A DNA stretch of 64,000 nt from the human T2T-CHM13v2.0 reference genome, Homo sapiens, in the NCBI RefSeq assembly GCF_009914755.1, contig NC_060937.1. One strand, written 5' to 3'. Position 1 is the first letter of the stretch. The number at the start of each line of letters is the position of its first letter. The notes under the pieces are model-generated. The model had not been told where the DNA came from, did no database searches, and saw nothing but the letters and a program-made list of their open reading frames with translations. Position numbers and translations under genes: made by a program. Below are positions 54,406 through 64,000 of the stretch, in pieces.

Positions 54406-54792
54406 TGTGTTAGTCAGGGCTCTCTAGGGAAGCAGAGCCTATGGGAGAATACAGGTACCTACATATGAAGAGAGAGATCAATCCATCGATTCTGAATGAC
54501 TGGCTGATGACTGTGGGCTTCAGGTGCACAACCACAGGGAGGGGGCAGGCTGGAGACCAGGGAGGGTGACGCTGCCCCGGGAGTGCCTAGGCCACTGGGG
54601 CAGAGTCCACTTCTCCTGGGGACCACAGCCTCTTTCCTTAATGCCTTCAGTGGAGAGGAGGGGCCGTCCGTGTCCAGGGGCTGAGGCACTGTACGCAAGG
54701 GTGTCAATCACACCTGAAGATGCCTCCACGGCAACACCCAGATGCGTGTGTGAGCCGCTGAGTCAGCCACGGTGACACTGAACCAGCCACAC
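54406..54792 (-). mobile_element. MLT2-like (ERVL) solo LTR, diverged
   Basis: tgtgttagtcagggctctctagggaagcagagcctatggga ... ggcaacacccagat ... gtgacactgaaccagccacac resembles the reverse-complement MLT2 consensus. Confidence 0.6.
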
Positions 54793-55069
54793 GCTGCTGG
54801 ACGTGTGGACGTGTGGGGTTCATACGTGGGGCCTTTCCCAAATATGAAGAGTTGGGTGAGCCCAGGGGCCCCAGGCCTGGTGGACCCTAACTGTTGGTTT
54901 TGGAGTCAGGTCAGAGGCTCGCTGGCTGTGAGGAAGCGGGATGTGGTCTGAGGACACCCTTCCTGGGGCGTCCACCCCCTGCCCCATGCAGCTGTGGAGG
55001 CCAAGGTTGTGCCAGTGAGGCCCCGGCCACCCTCTCCTGTTCTGCCCCGGGCTGGGGCTGCTCCTTCTG

Positions 55070-55600
55070 GTGGCCCTGGGTCTGTGGGGTGGGGGCCCGT
55101 GAGAGTGGTCCTGGGTCTGTGGGGTGGGGGCCAGTGAGAGAGGTCCTGGATCTGTGGGGGGGGCCGGTGAGAGAGGTCCTGGGTCTGTGGGGTGGGGGCC
55201 CGTGACAGTGGTCCTGGGTCTGTGGGGGCCCCTGAGAGTGGGCCTGGGCCTGTGGGGGGGCCGGTGAGAGTGGTCCTGGGTCTGTGGGGTGGGGGCCGGT
55301 GAGAGAGGTCCTGGGTCTGCGGTGGGGGAGGGGGACGTAAGAGTGGCCCTGGGTCTCCGGGGGAGGGGAGGGGCGTGAGAGTGGCCCTGGGTCTGTGGGA
55401 GCCCGTGTGAATAGCCCTGGGTCTGTGGGGGGCCCGTGTGAATAGCCCTGGGTCTGCGGGGGGCCCTGTGTGAGTGGCCCTAGGTCTGAGGGGGCCTGTG
55501 TGAATAGCCCTGGGTCTGCGGGGGGCCCATGTGAATGGCCCTGAGTCTGCGGGTGGCCCTGGGTTGGCGGGGTGGGTGGGGAGCGTGTGAGTGGCCCTGG
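55070..55600. repeat. ~30-bp G-rich degenerate minisatellite upstream of exon 9
   Basis: Repeated GTGG(T/C)CCTGGGTCTGTGGGGGG-CCGTGAGA units. Confidence 0.88.
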
Positions 55601-55676
55601 TATATGTCAGGCTTCCCTGTGGTCCGGCACGGGGTGGTCTCACCTGCTAACCCAGGGCCCTCTCTGTTTATTGCAG

Positions 55677-55844
55677 CCCTGCAGCCGCTTCCCAGTTGCG
55701 CCCTCCTCTGCCCTGGCTTCGTCTGAGGACCTGCAGCCCCCTTCTCCAAGCAGCTCTGGCTCTGGGCTTCCCGGCCAGGCTCCACCGTGCTACGCACCCA
55801 CCTACTTTCCCCCGGGGGAGAAGCCACCCCCCTACGCACCCTGA
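55677..55844 (+). CDS. TMEM255B: TMEM255B last coding exon 9 (PCSRFPV...GEKPPPYAP*)
   Basis: Acceptor ctctctgtttattgcAG; TGA at 55842-55844; all nine exons sum to 981 nt = 326 aa + stop. Confidence 0.95.
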   Translation, partial: PCSRFPVAPSSALASSEDLQPPSPSSSGSGLPGQAPPCYAPTYFPPGEKPPPYAP

Positions 55845-55855
55845 TAGAGGCGTGG

Positions 55856-55861
55856 AGTAAA
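55856..55861 (+). terminator. Candidate proximal poly(A) signal AGTAAA
   Basis: Variant hexamer 12 nt after the stop codon, followed by a GT/T-rich tract (ttgtttgtttttttttt); usage cannot be shown from sequence. Confidence 0.45.
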
Positions 55862-56696
55862 AGATAACTTGTTTGTTTTTTTTTTTAAAAAAAAGGCAGC
55901 CTCTAGAAATCCCGCTTCTGTGGCCAACCTCCTAGAGAACCCGGGAGAATGTTCCAGAAGTCTGTCCCCTCCTTTCCTCCCTGGGCACACTGGTGAGGGA
56001 GGCTGGAACCAGGCAGGGAGTGGGGCCCTCCAGACCCAGGCTGGTGACACCTTGGCTTGGGCTCTGCTCACACCAAATGGCGCTGAAAGTTCCCACCCGG
56101 CCTCCTCCTCTGAGAGCAATTGTTCTGGTGTTTTCACATCCCTTAATTAATTAGCTATTATTATGATTTTGCAAAGACAGTGCAGCCCCGGCCTCCCTGC
56201 CTGTGTGTTCTTGTTTGTGGACATGTGTTGTGCGTTACACGTTCGTGTGTGCATCTGTGTCCTGGAGAAGCGCAGGGCAGAAGCCACCCGCCCCTCGTGC
56301 TGTGCTCCTGACGTATGCCAGGAAGGGAAGGACGCTTCGGCTCCAACGCCCAGCGCTGTGTCTAACCGCCTGTGAGTTGTTAGAATCCAGGGGCCCGGTT
56401 GTCTTTCCCAGCCCCGGATGCAAATCTGCCTGGGCCACTGGCACGAGGGTCTTCCCCTGAGCTGTCTCCCAGCTACGGCGCCTGGGCTTCCGCTGTCCTT
56501 CCGCGGCTTCTCCCTCACCGCACCTTGTCTCAGGACCCCTGGCCGCTGGGATGGTGGGGGACGGTGTTTCGGGGTCCTTTGGCTCAGGGTCTGGGGCCGC
56601 AGCACTCCCTGTGGAAACCAGCTTAGCTCCCCGCGGGCCCAGCATGCACCTGCCGGGCACACCTGGGGAGACGGGTGAGCACGCCTGGGAAGCAGC

Positions 56697-56975
56697 AGGT
56701 CCCGGGTGGGTCACAGGCCCCGGGTGGGTCACAGGACAGGTCTCAGGTGGGTCACAGGTCCTGAGTGGGTCACAGGTCCCGGGTGGGTCACAGGCATCCC
56801 GGGTGGGTCACAGGTCCCGAGTGGGTCACAGGCCCCGGGTGGGTCACAGGCCCCGGGTGAGTCACAGGTCCCGGGTGGGTCACAGGTCCCGGGTGGGTCA
56901 CGGGCCCCGGGTGGGTCACGGGCCCCGGGTGGGTCACGGGTCCCGAGTGGGTCACGGGTCCCGAGTGGGTGACAG
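56697..56975. repeat. 18-bp minisatellite CCGGGTGGGTCACAGG(T/C)C, ~15 copies
   Basis: 18-bp period; 6-aa repeats in ORF 56551..57018. Confidence 0.93.
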
Positions 56976-59144
56976 GCGCCCCAGTGACAGGAGTTCAGGA
57001 TGCGCCACCCCAAAGTAGCCGAAGTCTCTTGAAAAGTGTTGGATGTGGGGAGAGGCTTTCTCTGAACTCCTGAAGTCAGATCCTCAGGGAACCAGGGACT
57101 CCCAGGGCGGGAGGGCGGGCGAGAGGTGATCCCATTGCTCCCCAGACGTGCCACAAGACACCAAGTCGCCGTCTCTGCTCTGTGGGCCGCTCACGGTTCC
57201 CCAGTCACTCCCTCTCCCCTCGGAAGCTGGCGCCTCCAGGCCTCACCGCTCTCAGGGCCTCACGTCCCTCCCTGCAAAGCCCCCCGTGCCTACGATAAAC
57301 AAGTACCGCTCTTCTCCCGAGTGGGTCTGAGGTCTCCAGCTTACTTCACGGAACAGTGCCCACCTGGGAGGTGGAGCGGGGACTTTCTCCCCTGCCCAGT
57401 CCTGGATCTGGGAGAAAAAAGATAAGGTGGAGGGGAGCCACACTCGTGCAGACACAGCCTCCTGCCCCCTCTGCTGCCCGGGAGCCTCCCTCTGTCCGAT
57501 GGAGGGTCTCACACAGCCTCTGCCCCCTCCGCTGCCCGGGAGCCTCCCTCTGCCCGACGGAGGGTCTCATCCTGTGTCCAGCGCTCCTGGGCAGAAGGCC
57601 CACAGCGCACATCCACACATGAACGGTGGCTGGCTGGGCCCAGGGGCCCTAACGGGCCTCTGAAAGGCCTGCAGCCAGCTCTGGTCTGTGAACCCGCCAC
57701 TGCTTGTCATTTTTATCTTGTAAAATCCAGCCTCACAAGCTTGCTGTCCAGGAGAATGTGGTCTTGGCCTCTCAGGGCTGACTGGCCTTGAACCAGTCCG
57801 GGAGGTCGGGCACGAGCCGGAGGTGCGGCGTCCTGTCTGGAAATCACCGCCCAGTTCCTCCAGGGCTGTGGGTGCCTGGCTCCGAGTAAGAAGCTGAACA
57901 AGCAGCAGAGACCAGGAGGTTTCTGGAGCGCCGGGAGATGCACTCACGAGCGCCTGTGGGGGAAGAAAAGTGTGCCACAGATTTCCCGAGTCCCCAAGGC
58001 TCTCACTTTACCTCAGGGAAGGCTCTATGGGCGCCGATGGTGCCGTGGTCTTTTGTGGGCGGTTTCTGGGCACCCTGGAGCTCGGGCTGTGCCCCCGAAG
58101 CTGCCTGGTGCAGGCGCCAGCACCTCTTGGTGTCCTAGGGGTGCGAACAGCAGAGAAGCTGAACTGCAGGTCTGGGCAGGGAGTCTATGCCCCCTGGAGC
58201 TCTGGCCAGCAAAGTCACAGGAATAACCCTCCTTCCCCTCATGTCAGCCCTCGGTCGCAGGGTGCGGTGTGGGGGCATCAGAGTGCTTCCCCGAGGCTGC
58301 ACTCACCAGCTTCCCCCAAACACAACATCGATCTTTCCCGACTTTTAATCTTGTCTAGAGTCAAAAGCTGTTCAAAAATATTCAACTCCAAGGTCAACAG
58401 TTTTGTTCTTGCCACAAAAATGTCCTTATCCTTTATCCCAGCCACAAAGAATGTGAACAATTTGACTCAAGGTTCGTGGTGGCTGGAGGGTCCCCCAGGT
58501 CCCAGGGCAGCTCCCACCTGGCGCAGGGCTCCGGCCAATGCCTGGCCTGCAGTGTGGGCGGCGGCTGCTCTCGAGGTGCACCTGTCTCATGTGGACGGAT
58601 CCTGTCTGGGGCCACCAAGCTCTGCCAGCCTGAGTCACGGTCTGATGAACCCCCTCTCTGGGCTCCGCTGGGGCCTTCTGATCCCAGCCTCCTCTGCAGG
58701 GATGGGCTCCCAATCCCGCCCTCACTTGGTTCCCATGCACAGCCGAGGTCAGTGAGACCCTGGAGGCCGCGGGAGATGGGGTGGAGGGGATGGTGGGGCA
58801 GGGGGTGCTGGGGGGTTTGGGGGTGCTGTGGCCCCGGGGCAGGGGGTGCTGGGGGGTTTGGGGTGCTGTGGCCCCACCTGCACTCCCTGCCTCACTGGGA
58901 CAGCACAGGAGACAGGCTTCTCCTGCAGCTCAGAGGTGGGGGCCTAGTGTAGCTGCAGGTTGTGACTGAGGAGGGCAGGGTCAGAGCATTGCCCTGGGCA
59001 GGGGTCCGTTGAGACTGGCCCCACCTTATTAGCTTGGGACCTTGGGTTACAGGGAGTCTCCTCCTGCCTCAGTTTCTACATTTCACACAGCAGCACTGCT
59101 CACAAGAGCTCCCAAGCAGAGGCAACTACTGAGTGGGGGAGGGA

Positions 59145-59355
59145 CACAGTCCGTCCACATGGGGCCAACGGCCACAAAGAGAGGAAGGGACATGGGTGAC
59201 GGTCCGTCCACGTGGGGTCACCGGCCACGGAGAGAGGAAGGGACATGGGTGACGGTCCGTCCACGTGGGGTCACCGGCCACGGAGAGAGGAAGGGACATG
59301 GGTGACGGTCCGTCCACATGGGGTCACCGGCCACGGAGAGAGGAAGGGACATGGG
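59145..59355. repeat. 53-bp minisatellite, ~4 copies, abutting a THE1 LTR
   Basis: acatgggtga at 59190, 59243, 59296, 59349. Confidence 0.9.
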
Positions 59356-59707
59356 TGATATGGTTTTGCTGTGTCCCCACCCAAATCTCAACTTGAATTG
59401 TATTTCCCAGAATTCCTGCGCGTTGTGGGAGGGACCCAGCGGGAGGTAATTGAATCATGGTGGCTGGTCTTTCCCGTGCTATTCTCGTGATAGTGAGTAA
59501 GTCTCACGAGATCTGACTGGTTGATCAGGATTTCCGCTTTTGCTTCTTCCTCATTTTCTCTTGCTCCTGCCGTGTAAGAAGTGCCTTTTGCCTCCCACCG
59601 TGATTCTGAGGCCTCCCCAACCATGTGCAATTGTAAGTCCCGTTAAACCTCTTTTTTTCCCAGTCTCGGGTATGTCCTTATTAGCAGTGTGAAAACAGAA
59701 TACTACA
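59356..59707 (+). mobile_element. THE1 (THE1A/B-like) solo LTR
   Basis: TGATATGGTTTTGCTGTGTCCCCACCCAAATCTC ... AGCAGTGTGAAAACAGAATACTACA, full-length LTR ends. Confidence 0.93.
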
Positions 59708-59925
59708 GTGGTCCATCCACACGCGGGTCTCACCCAGCCACAGAGAGGGAGAGGACATGGCCCATCCACACGCGGGTCACCCGGCCACGGAGAGGAAGGA
59801 AGCTCTAACGGGTGCTGAGGCTGTAACACACAGTGCTCAGGGAAGGACACCAGACATGAAGACTGTGTTCTGTTTATATGCAGTGTCCAGAGAAGGCGTG
59901 TCCACAGACAGAAGCCGACTGGGAA

Positions 59926-60495
59926 AGGAGGTGCAGTCACTGCTCAGGGACACGGGTTCTTTTCGGGGAGGCAAGCGTGTTCGCAGCGTGTTCTGGATGG
60001 GGAGAGGTGCAGTCACTGCTCAGGGACACGAGTTCTTTTCGGGGAGGCAAGCGTGTTTGCAGCGTGTTCTGTATGGGGAGAGGTGCAGTCACTGCTCAGG
60101 GACACGGGTTCTTTTCGGGGAGGCAAGCGTGTTCGCAGCGTGTTCTGGATGGGGAGAGGTGCAGTTACTGGTCAGGGACACGAGTTCTTTTCGGGGAGGC
60201 AAGTGTGTTCGCAGCGTGTTCTGGATGGGGAGAGGTGCAGTTACTGGTCAGGGACACGAGTTCTTTTCGGGGAGGCAAGTGTGTTCTAAGCGTGTTCTGG
60301 ATGGGGGAGAGGTGCAGTCACTGGTCAGGGATACGAGTTCTTTTCGGGGAGGCAAGCGTGTTCGCAGCGTGTTCTGGATGGGGAGAGGTGCAGTTACTGG
60401 TCAGGGACACGAGTTCTTTTCGGGGAGGCAAGTGTGTTCTAAGCGTGTTCTGGATGGGGGAGAGGTGCAGTCACTGGTCAGGGACACGGGTTCTT
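59926..60495. repeat. 76-77-bp minisatellite, ~7.5 copies
   Basis: gtgcagt at 59931, 60007, 60083, 60159, 60235 and onward. Confidence 0.95.
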
Positions 60496-61213
60496 GTGGG
60501 AAGAGGAGTGTCCGGGAGCCAGATGGCAGTGATGGGTGGACGGCCCCGTGGATGGACTGACCACCGACCCATGCTCTGCACTCATGAGGCGTGGCTATTG
60601 CTGTGTGAATCACATCTCCATGGAAACGGGAGTGGGAGAAACGGGCCCCAAGGATGTTGTGAAGATGGCCTTATGGGGCTGCACTGGTGACTTGGACAGT
60701 GCTGGCCACCGGCCCTGCTCAGTGAACAAGAGCCATGGTCATCACCCTCGCCACACAGAGCAGCTCCTCCTGCAGACTTGGGGACCCCGTGGCCACCAGA
60801 CCCCGCGGTGGCAGCAGAGATGCCTCCGAAACTCTGGAGACCCACAGAGGCAGAAGAGGATTCCACGAGGCTGGGGCCCGTCAGCAGATCCTCAGACGGC
60901 GACACGCGCCACTTCCTTTTCTGTTTCCTAGACCTTTTAACTGATGGAATTCAGTAAGCAGAAAACGTGCTTGAAACAAGGGCACCATGGAGCGGACCCT
61001 CCCCCTCTCCCCTCGTGGAGTCCTTGACCCTGGGGCAGGTGACCCTTCTTGCTTTGCAGGCAGGGGCTGTGGCTGGAGCTTCTCCTACAAACGGGCTGTG
61101 CTGGGATTAGCCCGGCTGTACATTTGCTTTATGCTTCCGTTGGCATTTAAAAATCTGATGTTCATATTTGCCGTATTACGTGAAGTAGGACGAAACGTTC
61201 CTTCTTGCTTAGA

Positions 61214-61375
61214 GCAGTGTTTCCCCAGAGGTGCCCGGGCCCAGGGGACAGTGGCCAACCTCTGGAGACATTTCGTGTTGTCATGAGGCTGGGTGTCCAG
61301 GAGGGGGCGATGCTGCATCTGCTGTGCACAGGACGCGGCCACATCAAAGGACCCCACCTGCAAAACACATGCCCA
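61214..61375 (+). mobile_element. MER20-like hAT DNA transposon relic
   Basis: cagtgtttcc...cccaggggacagtggccaacctctggagacatt...ttgtca...tgcacaggac resembles the MER20 consensus. Confidence 0.65.
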
Positions 61376-61411
61376 ACCTCCTTCCTCCTCTCCAGCCCAG
61401 AGTCAGGGCTG

Positions 61412-62320
61412 TCCCCTCTCCCTCCAGGGGACACATCCCCCCTCCCTCCACGGGATACATCCCCCCTCCCTCCACGGGACACATCCCTCCTCCCCCCACG
61501 GGACACATCCCCCCTCCCCCCACGGGACACATACCCCCTCCCCCCACGGGACACATCCCTCCTCCCCCCACGGGACACATACCCCCTCCCTCCAGGGGAC
61601 ACATCCCCCCTCCCTCCTCGGGACACATCCCCCCTCCCCCCACGGGACACATCCCCCCTCCCCCCACGGGACACATCCCCCCTCCCTCCAGGGGACACAT
61701 CCCCCCTCCCCCCACGGGACACATCCCCCCTCCCCCCACGGGACACATACCCCCTCCCTCCTCGGGGCACATCCCCCCTCCCTCCAGGGGACACATCCCC
61801 CCTCCCCCCACGGGACACATCCCCCCTCCCCCCACGGGACACATCCCCCCTCCCTCCTCGGGGCACATCCCCCCTCCCTCCAGGGGACACATCCCCCCTC
61901 CCCCCACGGGACACATCCCCCCTCCCCCCAGGGGACACATACCCCCTCCCTCCAGGGGACACATCCCCCCTCCCTCCTCGGGGCACATCCCCCCTCCCTC
62001 CAGGGGACACATCCCCCCTCCCCCCACGGGACACATCCCCCCTCCCCCCACGGGACACATACCCCCTCCCTCCAGGGGACACATCCCCCCTCCCTCCTCG
62101 GGGCACATCCCCCCTCCCTCCACGGGACACATCCCCCCTCCCTCCACGGGACACATCCCCCCTCCCTCCAGGGAACACATCCCCCCTCCCTCCAGGGGGC
62201 ACATCCCCCCTCCCTCCACGGGGCACATCACCCCTCCCTCCAGGGGGCACATCCCTCCTCCCTCCAGGGCGCACATCCCTCCTCCCTCTAAGGGGCACAT
62301 CCCTCCTGCCTCCCCAGGGC
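61412..62320. repeat. C-rich 24-bp minisatellite GGGACACATCCCCCCTCCC(C/T)CCA(C/G), ~38 copies
   Basis: 8-aa repeats in the overlapping ORFs on both strands; direct periodicity. Confidence 0.97.
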
Positions 62321-62769
62321 ACCAGCACTTGCACCACGTGCTCTGTCTTCCCATCCTCTTGCACACCCCAGACATGCCTGGTTGTGGAGGGTGCCAGGTC
62401 GCCAACGTGACAGGCCTGGCTGGGCCTCTGTGTTGCAATTCCTAGCACCATTGGTTTTGCTTGTTTGGGACAGTGGTTATTATAACTTCTGGCACCCCCG
62501 GAACTCTAAGAAAACAATACTAGGAAACAGAAGTTCCTGATTCGTCTGGAGGCAGAGCAGAAACCCAGGCGGAGGGTTGTGTCCTGAGGACACTGGTGAC
62601 TGTAGCCTGTGTCTGTGGGGGCCTCCCCACGTCTCTGTCCCTGAGACTGGCCGTTGCCTGTTTTTGCTCCTGGCCGTCTTGACTTGGGGAGGATGGAGGT
62701 TGGGCAGGAGCAGGCTCCCAGCCGGCTGGGGAACATTATGGGAGAGCACTGGGGGGCACCCACCAATGT

Positions 62770-62952
62770 GATCTGACGGACGCCGCAGTGCCGGGCTGGA
62801 GGCCGGGATCTGAGGGACGCCGCGGTGCCGGGCTGGAGGCCGGGATCTGAGGGACGCTGCGGTGCCGGGCTGGGATCTGACGGACACCGCGGTGCCGGGC
62901 TGGAGGCCGGGATCTGAGGGACGCCGCGGTGCCGGGCTGGAGCCTGGGATCC
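62770..62952. repeat. 37-bp CpG-rich minisatellite, ~5 copies
   Basis: gggatctga at 62805, 62842 and onward. Confidence 0.9.
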
Positions 62953-64000
62953 CAGCGTGCGGCTGTGGCCCCTGTGGCCGTGTGAGGCCGTGCAGTGGGC
63001 AGTGCAGGGCTCTCCTGGGGCCCAGGGGGCTGTGTTCCACGGGCTTCTTGGAGCTCTGCTCAGCTGGCTCTGGCATCGTCGGGGTCAGACGAGTTGGCCT
63101 GCTTAGCGAGCCGTCAGCATCCACGCCTGGGCCTCCCAGAACTGGGCTTCTGTGCTGATGGCCAGATCCGAGCCCTGGGCCCGACCATCCTCAGCCCAAC
63201 CAGCACCTGGACATCCCGGAGCCAGCGTGGAGGCCTGGGCTGCGGGTCCCCGACCGTGTGAGCAGCCGGTGGCCATCTGTCCCGGCCCGAGTGGAGAAAG
63301 CGCATCTGCCTGCAGAAGGTCCACGTGCTGCTGGGCGAGGCTGGCGAGAGCCGTCACACACACGCGGGGCCGCTGGCGGCAGATGGACGTTTCCGAAGGG
63401 AGCCGGCAGGAGCCTGACGTCTGCCCTCTGAGGCCAGGGCCTCCCCCGTCACTATTTTCTCACGGTACCGAAGCGAAAGTTGCCTGCAATACCTCTTAGA
63501 CTAGGTTGAAGTCCTGAATTCAGGCTGCAGCCCTCAATCAACAGAACTTCTGCCCAGGTGCTGCCAAGATTTTGGGGAGAACAAGAGGCCCTTGCCCGGC
63601 GTGTCCAGAGCAAGTGGCATCATGCCCACGATGGCGCAGGGTCATGGGATGTGGCCCGAGGAGCCCATAACTGGCACCGGTCAACAAGAGCCCCAGAGAC
63701 ACAGGGTGGGCCTGCCAGGGACCCTCAGGGACCACCAGGGCCTGGAGGCTCCAGCGTAGACGAGCTGGGCGGCTCTGGACGGCAGGGGATGGGGCCCCCT
63801 GTGCATGGCCCCTGGCAAGGTGCCTGGCTGGCCGTCCATCCGTGGGGTGAGCTCGGCCCAGGCGGGCAGGGTCCCTCCAGGTGGGCATGAGTGTTGCTGG
63901 CTCCCGAGCCTTGGAGAAGCTCTGCCCATTCCACAGCCGTCAGGCCGGGGGCCAGAGGGAAGCCGCTCCTTCCCGGCCCGAGGCTGCCCCTCAGGAGCCC

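Noticed and set aside
59612-59624. THE1 recombination hotspot motif CCTCCCTNNCCAC
   Set aside because: This copy reads CCTCCCCAACCAT and the intron 3 THE1 reads CTTCCCCAGCCAC; both lack the key T
61162-62451. ORFs of 330-430 aa on both strands (RGG-like, Pro-rich)
   Set aside because: Produced by a stop-free 24-bp VNTR; no splice or coding evidence
62960-64000. Possible exons or 3' end of the neighbouring gene GAS6
   Set aside because: No recognisable coding sequence or poly(A) signal; by recall it should lie beyond the window end

Overview
Primate, most likely human, genomic DNA that is GC-rich, rich in minisatellites and subtelomeric in character. It holds the complete 9-exon TMEM255B (FAM70B) gene on the + strand. 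I rebuilt the CDS from GT-AG boundaries: 4249-4294, 11200-11342, 14183-14245, 40372-40461, 44554-44634, 46039-46124, 46783-46942, 49051-49194, 55677-55844. This totals 981 nt, or 326 aa plus stop, encoding a 4-TM protein with a Cys-rich loop and a C-terminal PPPY motif. Exon 1 lies in a CpG island. Intron 3 (26 kb) carries a two-LTR endogenous retrovirus on the - strand (23941-30302; 5-bp TSD, tRNA-Phe PBS, decayed gag, no recognisable pol/env), plus THE1, L1 and Alu copies. About 20 tandem arrays are spread across the window. Almost all long ORFs in the supplied track are artefacts of repeats or GC content. I see no convincing new multi-gene system. The best leads are cis-level: a poison-exon or recursive-splice motif and an intronic poly(A) candidate in intron 5; a repeat that duplicates the exon 6 donor; a VNTR of six consensus donors just upstream of an LTR-borne AATAAA; motif-loaded VNTRs (G4/PRDM9, DR1, AP-1, E-box); and minisatellites grown out of a GC-shifted L1 relic. 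Repeat family names were assigned by eye from recalled consensus sequences and need RepeatMasker/Dfam confirmation.
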